From NCBI RefSeq assembly GCF_009914755.1, contig NC_060939.1: DNA of 64,000 bases. The stretch is one strand, 5' to 3'. The translations under genes were made by a program, and so were the position numbers. The notes under the pieces were generated by a model. The model did not search any database, had not been told where the DNA came from, and saw only the letters and a program-made list of their open reading frames with translations. Positions 15,556-30,844 of the stretch are shown piece after piece. Within the stretch, counting starts at the first letter, position 1; the number at the start of each line of letters is the position of its first letter. The stretch is from the human T2T-CHM13v2.0 reference genome, Homo sapiens.

Positions 15556-15734
15556 ATGGATTAGTAGACTTTTTATGGCTTTATGGGCTATAAGTGAAAA
15601 TTAACTCTTGACATAGTGAGAAAGCAGCCATAGACAATAAACAAATGAACATAGCTGTTTTCCAATATAAATTTATTTACAAAAACAGGCAGTGGTCTGG
15701 ATTTAACTGATGGGCCAAAGTTTGTTGACCTCTG
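15556..15734. mobile_element. MER58-like MITE
   Basis: gcagccatagacaataaacaaatgaaca...tttatttacaaaaacaggcagtgg...tttgttgacctctg. Confidence 0.7.
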
Positions 15735-17533
15735 CCTAGAATATCATGGTCTGATTTTTGGATTCTTGCTTTGAAAAACTGCTTTAAAAACATCTACAAC
15801 AAAGATGGTATAATCTCATTAGGCAGTCATCAAGAGTTGAGGCTAATGCTTTCAGCGGAAGCATCTTGGAAATACGACATGAAATCATGCAGAAAAATCC
15901 GGAGATGTTGGGTAATAAAAAGTCATTTTCTTGCTATTTAACTCAGCAGTGGAGTGGAAGAATATGGTGTCTCCCTTAGGAAAAGACAGCTCACAAACCC
16001 CAAGAAAGGATGTTAGAAAGTGCTTAGAGGGTATGTGATTGAGCATAGGAAGTTTTTGGTGACTTTGCCCACGAGGAAACACATGCAGAAAAGGTCTCAG
16101 ATACCAGAGTTCCCTGTCTCTGCTGTGATGCCGTCAGCGAGAGGCTGGGAAATAGGCTTCACTGGCATAAAGAGCTGTGAGGTTTTATCTAAATCACTCC
16201 CTTCCCTGGTTCAAACACAGAGCTGGTATGTTAAGCAGGTTATCAAGGTGGGATTTGGAGATTTTTCTGGGAGTTTTGGTGAAGATTGCTGAACTACACC
16301 ATTGTTAATTGTTCTTTAGAAAGACTCACAAGGAAGTCTGGCTTCAGAACAATGGGCAGGTTTAGCAATGGTGTTGGGAAAGGGGTAATGTTGTATAGTT
16401 GCCACCAGGACACCTCAGGGTCTTTAGCTGTGGCCTCTCAGTGTGTGTATGTGTGCAGACTTAAAAAAACAAAAACCTATGGGTAATGAAAAATGAAGTT
16501 GGTGGGAGACTAAGAACTCCCTGTCTTAAGCATGCTTAATACCCATGAATAATCATGGGCACAGAAGACTATCATGGGAGGCTGAGAAGTTTGGATCAGG
16601 TAGCTCTGGAAGTGTGGCCACATTTAGAAGATTGTTCCTTGCAGGTGGTTTTCCAGTTCTTCAAGAATTTCCTTTGAATCTTTGGCATGTGGGCCTTCAG
16701 CCTTGACAATAGGAGGTCTGGTATTGGGGAGCTCAGGAGTAAACTAAGCAGCCCTGTTATTATTACTGTTATTATTTATTGTTGGATGACTTTGGCTGCT
16801 GTAGTGGTCTTTCTAAGAACGAGTCTTACTCTGATGCTGTCAATGGTCCAGGCATGGCATTGAGCTCACCTTCGTTAGCAATCCGCATAGGAAGAATGGC
16901 CGCCATCTTCCTGCATGTCTGCTGTCTCAGCCATTGCCTGTGTGTTGTGTTCATCTGACCCTCCCTGTCCCCTCTTCTATTTCTCTCATCTTTCTTTGCT
17001 CTTTCTACTCTCCTTTTCTTCATCCTAACGTTTTCCTTTTATTTCCTTATATTCCCCATTTCCTTTCCATTATTTTCCGGGATGTTATACAAGATGTATT
17101 GTTTTCGACCAAATAGGACTTACACTTGTTTTAAGTTCTCGATCTGAGTAGCTCTTGGCTGTCTTAAACTTTGAGACTGGTAAAGCAGAAGAAATATGTG
17201 AGCAATCGCCTTTAATTCCAACTGCTTCATGATTTGGTTGATGCATGGAGGAAACTGAACCCTGGGTCCATTTCCCATGGGAAGGAATGTGGCCGAGGAG
17301 GAGGTGTTCTGGCGTCTTAGAGCTGGTCCTATGCTCCAGGCCTGGCTTGAACTTCAGCCTTGCGATATGGGCAGGTCTCTCGTCCTGTGCAAAATGCTCA
17401 GCTCATACCCTGTTGGCTCGTAGAGCGCTAATACGTGGAAAACAATAGCCCTCGCTTTAAAACCCTGTGCTTTGCTGTAATGTTAGGCCGCTGTAGTAGT
17501 TTACCACTGTGGGCTGAGGGAATACTGTGTTGC

Positions 17534-17552
17534 TGGTGCCCTCTTGTGGCCA
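17534..17552 (-). promoter_or_regulatory. Candidate CTCF binding site
   Basis: The minus strand reads TGGCCACAAGAGGGCACCA, against the CTCF core consensus TGGCCACCAGGGGGCGCTA. A TGCAAC block lies upstream, near where the zinc-finger 9-11 motif is expected. Confidence 0.65.
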
Positions 17553-18848
17553 CTCTATAGCGTTGCAAAAGGAAAAGAAAAGTTAATTGAAGTTCGCTGT
17601 CACATTACTAGGGCCGTGAAAATCACTTCAGCTGTAGGTTGAGGTTTGATGGTCTTTTTTGATGCGAGTTTTAGTGGATGAAAATAAATGAACACTCATT
17701 CAGAAAACTGCTCTCTTTCTCAATTTCCAGCACAGGTAGATATCTGACGTTCGTTTCTAGAGCAATGGCAGCTTTATATGCAGATAATGGAAAAAAATGT
17801 GCTACATAAGTCAAGTTCATATTTAAAAGGAGTAGTTCAGAGAAAAAATTTAAAGATCTCTCGATACGGTGAGAATTATGCTATGTAATCGCTGTTACAT
17901 AGCATAATTTTTACTATTATTAAATAATTGTTATCTTATTGTTTATTATATTATTATTCAATTATTGTTGTTTAATAAATTACTAAATTGTTACCAAAAA
18001 GTTAAAATGACTGATTTAAGTCCTGGTTTTCTTTTGCTATTTAGCAGGCTAATTTTTATGATGTTGCTAGAACTCTGTATTGTATACTGAGCAGCGGTGT
18101 AGCTTCCCAACAGGTGTGTTCTGAATGGGATGTACTGAAGTATTCATTCTGGCAGCCCTCTGGGCACCTCTGTTAGGCTTGGGCCACCATAAACCCTGCT
18201 GTGCCCTACAGACATCATTTTGTTTTGTGCCATGATGTGACGTGCTGAAGAGTGCTGGATGGTGGGTGAGGGTCATGCGTGGGCTTTGGACATGGACCAC
18301 CGGAGTTTGGATTCTAGCTCAGACACGGTCTAGCCATGAGCCTGCTAGGCTTGCGGTAGGATTAACCTGGTGTGTGTGCTTGTGGAGACTTGGTGGTGGT
18401 GGTGGGGCGGGGCCGTGATGTGGGTGGAGCTGAAACAGTCATATGCAATAAACATTAGCTGTTACTATTGCCGTGTGAATTGTCATAGTTATTCTTGGTA
18501 TAGTTATTCTAGTTTGGGTTTTGTTTTTGCATTTCGCCTGTGGGAACAGGAAAGACTTTGTGATTTCCCCATCCTTTTTATCGTGGGCTTATCTTCCCAG
18601 TTTCCTCATCAATTTTTGTACTTTTTGTGTATCTTTTTGCTCTTTTACTTCTTTTGAGATAAAAGTTCCTCCTCCTGCCACCACCACCACCTCTAACCTG
18701 GGTGGTGTGAGGGTTGTGAAAGGTGTTTTCTTGAGGTCAGGTCTTATTTTCTGTGAAACAGGAGAAATGAGAGACTCTTTTAAAAGGCACCTTATTTGAA
18801 TAAAGACTGTCGTGGATTGAGGTTTAATTTTCCCCATCATAAATTTGA

Positions 18849-19248
<400 letters not shown>

Positions 19249-19592
19249 CGCCCCGATTTTTAAAATCTATTTTTCTTTCTAAAATGAAAGAGAATCTGGC
19301 TTTTAAATGTTTGGTTACCTGGTGTTTTCTCTCTACACATTTTTCTCTGTATTATAAAAACTTTATTTTGGAGAAGAAATTAAAAGCTTAGGGCACCATA
19401 CTTTGTTCAGTCAACATTCTGAATTAAGTTTGTTCAAAATTTGTAACATTAGGAATAATGCCACAACAAACGTTCTTATACCTAAATCTGTGTGTACAGG
19501 TTACTTTTTCATATATTTGCAAGTGAGTTATTTATTCAGGTGGATTGCATTTTTTGTGTTATATGATCTGAGCATTTCAAGATTCTCATTAA

Positions 19593-20011
<419 letters not shown>

Positions 20012-21182
20012 ATATCTTTGTTAATTTGATAGAAGGAAAGTGTTGTCTTGTTTTTTTCTTTAAATTGTTTTCATCAATTTGGACCTTTAAATATGTTTGG
20101 TTAATGAGATATTTGCTTCTCTGCATAGTCTGTTCCATGCATCACTGTTGTTCATTCTGTCTCCTGGGCATGTTCACATGCATTTTTTAAATTTGTCACT
20201 TGCCTTTAGATTTTGTTTATAAAGTTTTTGTTGCAAAAATATTTTTAATCTTACGATTCTTTTCTGGAAAGTGTCATTTTTTATCTAGAAAGCTTCTTGA
20301 GAGACACACACATTCACCTACATTTCTTCTCTTTTCTATCTAGTTTTACATTTTTTCATTTATTTCTTTGATCTCTGTCAAGTTTACTTAGTTTCTGGCC
20401 CAGAGTAGGAACTGAGTTTTACTTGAACCAAATGGCTATCTATCTAACTAGGACTAAATATTTCTTTTCGTAATGATGTGACGGTCACTTTTTAAGTATA
20501 CATTAAATTGCAGCACATATTGGAGCCTGCTTCAACAATTTCTCTTTGATTCCTATTGATGTTGTTCTCTTGTTCGGCATCAGCTCCACACCAGAGTTTT
20601 ATTGTATTGAAAATTCAGTCCTTTTTATTTTGCAACATTTGGGATTTGCTTCTCATTGGAGTACCTTCTCTGAACACCAGATGGCATGAGATCATTGGCC
20701 ACATCTGGGCCAGTGTATCAGAAAAATTGTTGTTCAAGAGCAAATGTGAACCTTTCAAAGATGCAGACACCCATTCTGTAACACAGGAGTGGTTTTCCTT
20801 CACTCTTTGAGTTTTGGTAGCTTGTGGATGTCCTGCAGTAAGTGATTAGAGCTGAGTTTTAAAATGGTTTCTGTTTATTCCTTTGCCACTTGGTACATAT
20901 CATCACCGGACATGTTTGTCCCAACAGTCTTTAATGTATTCCCACAACTGAACCATTTCCTCTGAAGATTTTTGTTGTATGGTTTTGTTTTGGGACTCTG
21001 TGCAGTCTTGTGGATTGATCAGAATGTCTTGATGCTTTGCTGCTTTATAGAGTCAGTTTATCTGTTTCTGTGGAACCCCATCTCAATTCCTATGAAATAC
21101 CTTGGAGCAAAATTGGGATGTTTTCTATTCCTGCTGCGTGTAAGAAAATTGCCTTACACCCAACCAAACATCATTGGCTTGA

Positions 21183-21559
<377 letters not shown>

Positions 21560-21829
21560 TATCAAGTGTTTATTTCTATACCACGATGATACTTGCTGTG
21601 TTTCAAGTCACTCTTTTAATGTATTTGTTTCATTGTCTGTAAAGTTGGTAAGAGATATTCTGCCTGTGCGCACGTTGATGTGTGTTGTGTATTCCCACAT
21701 GTCCGTGATTTACTCATGTCTGAGTTTTGATTTCAGTGACAGTTAGTCCTATCACACCATCATTCCTTGCTGAGTTTGAGGCAGGGAGTGTGGCCTGTCA
21801 TGGTGAAGGGTGTTATTCTTGAGACTCTC

Positions 21830-22310
21830 TCTATGTAACAAATTGCCTTGAATCTCAGTAGCAACCATGTGTTCGTGAATTCTGGGAGTGTAAGTTTGGA
21901 CAAAGCCCAATGGAGTTGGCCTGTTTTTGCTGCATGCTGTCTGGGGCTTCACCTGGGAAGAGTTGAAGGTTGGGAGGACTTGGCTATTGGGGTCCTATCT
22001 TTGGAAGACTTGAAGGTTTGTTGATTCCCATATTGTGTGTGTGGAATCAGGTGTCTGGAAGATGAAGATGGTTCCACATGAGGCCTCCCCATGCAGCATG
22101 TCTTCCTCATGACATGGCAGCATCAGAGTCACTAAGCTTTTTATGTGGAAGCTCAGGGCTCCAGGCACAAGGGTCCCAGCACAAGGCAGAAGCTGCGTCA
22201 TCTTTTATGATGCAGCCTTGGAAGGAACACTGCACCACAGTGGTTGAAGCAGTCACCCAATTCAAGAGGAATGGGGACAGATACCCTACTTTTTTATTAA
22301 GTACCACAGA
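21830..22310. mobile_element. Old MaLR (MLT1-type) LTR, degraded
   Basis: ctatgtaacaaattgcc...gtctggggcttcacctggg...catgacatggcagc resembles MLT1 LTR blocks. Family and boundaries are uncertain. Confidence 0.5.
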
Positions 22311-22414
22311 ATTTGGGGGCTATTTTGTAAAATTACTGTAGTTCTGAAGCCTTTAGAGTGAAAACAATCTGGGTTCAAGGCTCAGCTCTGAACTTTCTAA
22401 CTTTCCTCATCCTT

Positions 22415-23290
22415 TAAAAAAAATTTTTTATTACATGTATTTAAGGCACAACATGATGTTTTGATATACATAGTGTATTAGTAGTCCGTTCTTGCATTGC
22501 TATAAATACCTGAGACTGGATAATTTATAAAGATAAAGAGCCGTCATTGACGCATGGTTCCACAGGCTGTACAGGAAGCATGATGCTGGCTTCTGAGGAG
22601 CTTAGAATCATGGCTTCCAGGGAGCAAGCATGTCACATGGTCAGAGCAGGAGCAAGAGAGAGAGAGCAGGGAGGTGCCACACACTTTTAAACAATCGGAT
22701 CTCTTGAGAATTCGCTCACTGTCATGAAGACAGTACCAACAGGGATGATGCAGAGCCATTCATGAGAAATCCACCACCATGACCGGATGACCTCCCACCG
22801 GGCCCCACCTCCAACATTAGGGATTACACCTCAATATGAGGTGTGGATGGGGACACACATCCAAACCATATCACATAGTGAAATGCTTCCTACAGTGAAG
22901 CCAATTAACATATCCATCATCACATAGTTACTTATTTGTGTGTGGTAAGAGCACTTAAAATCTATTCTCTTAATACATTTTTAATATACAATACCCTTCC
23001 ATTAACTAGAGTCCTCATCGTATGGTAGGTCTCCAGACTCACTCATCTTACATAACTGCACCTCAGTGCCATTGACCTACTTCACCCTATTTCTTTGCTC
23101 CCCTTCACTTGGAAAAAAGTCTTCTACTTTTTGTTTGTGTGTATTTGATTTCTTTTTAGATGCCACATATGAAAGACCACATGGCATGTTTTTTCTATGC
23201 CTGGCTTATTTCACTTAGCATAATGTCCTCCAGGTTTATTCATGTCATTGCAAATGGCAGGATCTCCTTTTATAAGGCTGAAAAGTATTC
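22415..23290 (-). mobile_element. L1MA 3' fragment interrupted by an MST LTR
   Basis: acatgatgttttgatata|...|tgaaatg...caattaacatatccatc...cctggcttatttcacttagcataatgtcctccagg. The L1 sequence reads through continuously once the LTR is removed. Confidence 0.8.
22474..22873 (-). mobile_element. MST-type MaLR solo LTR
   Basis: tgtattag...ccaaaccatatca with TG...CA ends. Exact 5-bp TSD CATAG at 22469-22473 and 22874-22878. Confidence 0.9.
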
Positions 23291-23862
23291 CTCATCCTTA
23301 AAGAAGCAGTGTAAAGCATGTCTATCTCCTTTTGTAGGATTAAAGGAGATCATTCCCATGTTAATGTTATTCTTGAATTTTGGTCCTGTTCTATTTTTTT
23401 CTATAAAGGCTGGTGTCTATTTTCTTAGACTTAGATTTGTGCTTAAATAGTGGCTTGGGTGGGGGATTATTTTTAGTAATTTTTAATAAGGAGAATGCGA
23501 GAGTATCAATAATCATGTATGCTTTGGTAATAATGGGTTTCTGGAACACAGATTACTAATATGCATATAGGTCTTGTAGATTTCACCCTTTATAGAGATT
23601 CTAAGCAACTGTATTCATTGATTCTCTGGCTTACTCCTTTCTTATTTTTTTTTCTCCTCTAAACCTTTCTAGTCTCTTTTTATTGTAGTATTCTAGCTGC
23701 TGCCTCTCCTCTCCCTTTTTTCTATGTTGTCATTGCCTTCTTCTAACTTTACATGGGGCCCTCGTTTTTTGGTGTTACAGGGACAACCATGTATGAGGTT
23801 TCTAAGCCGAAGTTCACACCCTTATTGGGGTGACCAAGAATAGAGATGCAGGCATATGGGAG

Positions 23863-24273
<411 letters not shown>

Positions 24274-26009
24274 TGACAGTGTTTTTCTTCTTCTATTTAT
24301 AAAGTTATAGCTATTGATATTCATAAAAATATTGGATGGGGACTTTTAAAAATAGCTTTTGAAGGTCTCTGGCTCATCTTAGTTGATGGGTTATAAAGAC
24401 AAAGCCAAAAGAGCATTTTAAACAATATTTAATTTGTGTCAAGCCAAAACAATAAATGATGGAAGAGACTGAATATGTCATAATTTAAGCTGCAGATCTA
24501 CAAAGGGGAAGTGTAAGGACAGAAAAAGACAAGATGTTAGGGGAAGAGGTTGGGGAGGGACTGAGAGTAGGAGAAGGCAGGGGAGGCATGTGGAGGTCTG
24601 GGATGGTATGGGGTGGGGCTGAGGAAGTTCAGGGGGGCTGTGGTGCAGGGAAGAATCCGAAGACCCAGGAAGACCTCCTTCCCCAGTTCCCTAGACCTGC
24701 CTTATGTCTCATTGTTTATCCTCTATGAGTTGCTATAAACTTTATAAATAGTTAAACAAGTTTTAGTAACATTGAAAATTTCAGGTCACTGATTTCGCTG
24801 TATATTGGTCATTGGAAATTCTTCCAGTAAATTGGACTTTGGTAAATTGCTTGGAGCTATTACATCTCAGGGTCTGTCCATGGGCAGACCTTGCCCGAGG
24901 AGCCAATGAAATGTTATACATGGCAGGTCCATTTAGAGGAAGGAAGTCAATTGTATTTGGGAGAGAAGTTCAGGAATAGTTCAATCAGAGTGTGCTAAAT
25001 GGCAAAACATGGACAGGAAGGCCAGTAGAAGACTGGGGAAGAAACTGTTCTGTGGTTGGTATCAAAAACAGCTGTGAGAAGCATGCGGCCCTTATCTGCA
25101 AAAGAAAGATGGACCATGATAAGCCTGGGAATGTGCATGTTCTGTTTATTTTGGTGGATAAAACCACTGGCTTGGAATTCTGCTGCTTTGAATCTACCAC
25201 TATCTGAAGTAATATAGATTTTTCTCTGCATGGGAGAAGTTCCTTCTTTCTCAGATGGCCGAGGAAAAATGTCCTGTAAATTTCCATAATGTCCATTAGG
25301 GTTTCTGAAGAGGTCAATTAAAAGAGCCGCACTAGAGCTGAGTAGCTCAGCTCTACTGTAAGAGGCCAGCAGCACCTGTTCAAAACTTAGAAACAACGTT
25401 TTTATTTTTATTTTTTCTGGTGTCAAAGTCAGAACTTACAGAGTCCATCTAAAAGAAGCTCAGGGCTGATTCTTTTCCCAACAAAAAGAGAAGATCCTAA
25501 ATATGTGTGTATATTCAGAAGACTATAAATGTATGTGTGTAAATAGAATAGTCACTTATTACTCTTACCCTATTAGATAAAAAATTTAAAATATATACGT
25601 TTTATATGTTTCCAAATACTAGTTTTGTCATTGGGGTTTTATATATGTAGCTCAGTGTCCCTAAAGAGCTAGTAAATAATTGTTGACTTGAATTTGAAAT
25701 CTTAAGCTCTCCCAAAGAAAGTTATCAGATATTCGAAAATGTGAACTTAGTGTAAAAATATGGTGATAATTTCCTTTCAGGAGCAAACAACTACTTTGGG
25801 AAATACATTTGATTAGAAAATTTTTCAAGCTAAAGACAACATTTCTTTTGGATAAATTGCATGGCTAAATTTTATAACTTGGCAAACCTGCTTTGCTGAT
25901 AGCAAATAAGTAAGCTTTTCCTACAAATAATGCTTTTGTATTCAACACAGTGGATTTTTAGTCCAAATTAGGAATGCTAGTTTTTAGAAAATGTTACATG
26001 GTAAGTTTA

Positions 26010-26498
<489 letters not shown>

Positions 26499-27661
26499 TT
26501 ATTAAGCTTTTCTAGATGGGAATATTTTTTCTTTTTTAAAAACTTTTTTTTAAAAACCATTGCCATGAGTTATATCAAAAAAAAAGCAAAGAGAAGTTGT
26601 TTGTAATTAGAGCTGCATTACAGGTTCATTTTATTTGCATATTAACAATTGTTCTTGAGCTGTTCAATGTGATATTGACTGTTTCTATTCACCATTTGTA
26701 TTGGTACCAGCCATGTTCTTCAATAGCACTCTCAAGGTGGTAAGAGTTCCTAAAAATGATAAGTAAAATGAAGGGGAGAACAAAATCTTCAAATTCTATA
26801 GTTCTTGGTGACTCTTTCCTGATGATAGACTTGAGTTGCCATGGGTCCTTACTGAGCTGCCTGTTATTTTTATTAATTGTATCTCCAAAGTGGTCTGAAA
26901 TCCTCAATGAATACAACAGTAGGTAAGGAAGCAGCCAGTCCTTATGAGGACTTAGTGATTTTTAGTTTTTATACAGCTCTTTCTTTCTAGGACAGCTCAG
27001 ATTATTTTATAGAAATGTTCCCAAATCACACAGAATCCCTGCGAGAAGTAAGTAAGATAAGGAATTTTCTATCAAACCTAAGAGACGATGATATAAATTT
27101 CACACCTTTAGAGGTGGCAATAGAAGAAATACTATAGAAACAAATTAGTGTACATTAACTTGGAAAATCAAAGTAAAATAAATGAATATTTAATTACTGC
27201 TGCATGCATTGTCATACACTCTTCCCCTTTATAACTTCAGTAGTGATACTAAACATAGCATTCGTGAGGCATTCTCAGCAAATGACCGAAGCCTGCTATC
27301 ATTGAAGTATATTGGATCATTCAGTTCTCAAAATGATCCCTTGAAGTTGATAGTTTTCTATCTCACAAGTGAAGATATTACGGCATAAGGAAGCTGAGTA
27401 AATGGCCCAAAGTTATATAGTTAGTAAAAGGAACGTCTGAGACTTTAATTCACCATGTACATCTAACTTCAAAATTTATTCATTCATTCATCACATAAGT
27501 ATAATCCATCTACCAGGCATATTAGGCACCTCTGGGCATTAATCTTACCTTCCAAAGGAGCTTTGATTTGGAGAAATTTAATAATATACTCATAGGTGGT
27601 CCAAATAATGTTTTCTATATTTAAATACATTTGTAAAATATGGAGTAGAAAACTTTAAGGT

Positions 27662-27979
27662 GTTTTTTGATTTTGTTTGTTTAGAGAGACAGGGTCTTGC
27701 CCTGTTAGCCAGGTTATAGTGCAGTGGCATAATCCTAGCTCATGGTAAACTCTAAATCTTGGGCTCTAGCAATTCTCCTGCTTCAGCTTTCTGAGTAGCT
27801 GGGACCACAGGCACATGCAACCACAACCAGCTAATTTTTTGAAACTTTTTTTTTTTCGGTGGAGATGGGGGGTCTCACTGCGTCACTCAGGCTGGTCTCA
27901 AACTCCTGGCCTCAAGTGATCCTCCTGCCTTGACCTCTCAAAGTGCTGAGATTACAGGCGTGAGCCACTGTATCCAGCC
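27662..27979 (-). mobile_element. AluJ
   Basis: gagacagggtcttgc...ctcctggcctcaagtgatcctcc...tatccagcc. Confidence 0.88.
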
Positions 27980-29808
27980 TGTTATTTGTCTGTACTGCAT
28001 TTCTTAACATAGTTTAATATTTTACTCTATATTATGAAAGTTCTAAGCTGGGAAATAGTAAGCAGCTTTTCTAAATGGTTTAGATCACATACCCTTTCCC
28101 ATCCGTGGAGTGCCCCTCCCATGAAGTTCTATGGAAGTACTTTTTAGGGGACTTTCCGAAACCTTGAGTAGGTCCTTCTTGTGGTCTGGTGCCAGCTTTC
28201 TCCTCAGTCCTCAACTGTCTGTTGCTATATTTTCTCAACTACCAGGTTTCCTAGCTTTACCCTCTTTCTTCTTTCTTCTAAATTATAAGCTGCTGTCAGA
28301 TTTATATTTCTAAACCTTGGCTCTGAACACTTTACCCTGCTGCTCGTGAGTGAACCTGAATTTCCTTCCCTCTTCGTATTAAAGTAATTCCAGATGAGCC
28401 AAAGGCTTAAGTGGTGTAAAAAAAGAAAAGAATATAAAATCAGTGGAAGAAAACATAGCTGAATTAATTTAAAATTTTGTACGACATTGCTTCTAAACAG
28501 GATGTTAACCTACAAAGCCGTAAATACAACTTAGGTAAATTTGATGAAATAAAAATGAAAGTCACTTATTGTCAGAAATAACGTAAGTCTAAACAAATTC
28601 TGACAAGACTTATAGTCAATGGCTGATTGATTTCCATAATAAAGGGGCTCATTTAATTCCATAAGCAAAAGACAAAACCATGGGCCCTTCATATTCATTT
28701 CTCCAGCAGTTTCATTGTTAAAATTTTCCTCTGCATATAATCACTTATGGACTCCAAAGATAATTATAGAAGGATGCCTATTGTAGTATTGTTTGTACTA
28801 GTTAATAAAATTGGAAAAGATATTAATATCCATTATTTAGTAACTAGTTACATAAACTAACACAATGCAATGAAAATATATTCAGTTAGTTTTTTAAAAA
28901 ACAGTTGATCTACATTGCTGGTATGAGCAGAGCTCCAAGGAATGTTAATTGTGAAAGCGTGAGTCCACTAAAAACAATTCTATTTTTTTTCCTGTAAAAT
29001 GCCCAAGAAACTATTTATGGTGGGTATATTAGACAAATGAGAATCCGCGAAGAGTACTAGAGGAGAGATTTTACTTTTCATCCCTTTCAGAGTTGTGTGC
29101 ATGTATTACTTTTCTTAAAAATTAAAAAAAGGAGAAGAGGAAAATCACCTGTCTTTATTACAGATTATAAACTAAACTCCTTATTTTGCTTTTATAGGCT
29201 ACTTGGGCCTCCGACTCATCTGTTTTTTACAACTTTATTTCTCATTATATGTTCTTCCCTTAATCTCTGGATAGATTGAAATGCATGCTCGGCACCACAC
29301 CGCTCTAGTCATTTTGAGTCTCCTTCCCTCCTTCGCTGTTGGAGCACATGCCTCCTACTGGAATGACCTTCTCTGCCTGTTCTGATCCACCCATGTTTCA
29401 ACTCCCATCTTCTTTATTGCAGCCTCCACTGGCACTCCAGCTGGAACTAATCTTTCCCACCTATGAGCCATCTTCATTCCCAGGTTCACTTCTGTTGGGA
29501 CACTTCCTTCTTGGACTTTGTGTTATATTTCTGGGTTGCCTGCTGCCCCTTAGGTGAAGAAGAGCAGGATCTGGGATGGATGCACCATGTAACCTCCTGG
29601 AGTGCTCAGCATGGAGCCACACTCGGAAATGGCCGGAAGCTGTTTGTGGCACATTAGCATGCCTGACAGATGCAACATCGAGGCAGACATGATGACCCGT
29701 AGTGTCAGTGGGCAGGAGTAGAAACAAGGGCTGTCACATGGTCGTTAGGAAGGGAAGTGGGTGCAACATTTTTAGAGGACTGATGACTGGCTGTTAGTTT
29801 TGCTTAGC

Positions 29809-29910
29809 ATATATATATATATATATGTATGTATGTGCATATATATGTATGTGTATATTTATGTGCATATATGTGTGTGTATATATATACACATATATAT
29901 GTATATATGT
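29809..29910. repeat. (TA/TG)n compound microsatellite
   Basis: Read directly from the sequence. Confidence 0.95.
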
Positions 29911-30798
29911 ACTGCTGTGTGTTTGGAATGGAGCAGGACACTCAGGCCATGAATGCTTAACATGTTGATAGTCTACGTCTGAGGCTGAGGGACTCCTTCA
30001 GGTCCCCATGGCAGAATTGGTGACGGCCCCAGAATGGAGGCACCGTCTCTGGACTCCTGGCTTCATTCTCCTCGCCGAGTACCACACTACTACAAGAGCC
30101 TCATTGTTTCTGAAGCTCCCAGTGAACAAGGTTAAAGTCCACCCATTCAGGTGTCATCTCATCATTTGTATAATCTGGGAGTTGCATTCCTGAGTGGCCG
30201 ACCCCTTTTCAGAAGCTGCCTAGTTGAGATGTCACTTCCCTGACAGTGAGGCACTTAGGCTCAGAGAGAAAATCACAATGTGCTCCCCCTTCTCTCAAAT
30301 TTTCCCTAACAATTAACGCGGCACTAACTTGACACCCTCTTTCCTTGTTTGGCTTTGTAAACCCCGGTCCCTTTTTCTATTAATTCCAGACATTAATATT
30401 TTCTTTCACGCAACTGCCGCCATTCACCCGTGAAACAGTTTGAACATTATGTAGCTGTCAAGATGCCTGGGGATTACCCAGTATGCCTTGCCTGTGAGAA
30501 ACTGACACCACTGAGGCCTAGTTTTGAGATGTTTATTTTGAGAGTACGCTGACAAGCATGAAGGCCTGATCCCAGAGTGGCAATTTCATTTAATTAAAGG
30601 CCTCTTTTTATTATAGTTTTCCCCCACTTTTTTATATATATATATCAGAATGATTGTTAAAGTCTGCCTCGCCAGAGGTGTTCTCTTCTGCTGTAGGAGG
30701 GAGGGGGTGGGCGACTGTACTCTCACTAGTGAGCATTTCACTGAATGGCTGTGAATGCATTCATTTTTACTGTTCTTCTCAGAACTGGCCCGAACACG

Positions 30799-30844
30799 GT
30801 GTGTGTGTGTGTGTGTGCGCGCGCATGCACGCGCGTGTGCATGC
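30799..30844. repeat. (GT)n(GC)n alternating purine-pyrimidine tract
   Basis: 46 bp of uninterrupted purine-pyrimidine alternation. Confidence 0.95.

Noticed and set aside
20671-20689. Weaker CTCF-like sequences (TGAACACCAGATGGCATGA here; others near 39570, 56495 and 63850)
   Set aside because: Each misses a strongly conserved core position. They could be E-boxes or chance matches, and cannot be supported without a matrix scan.
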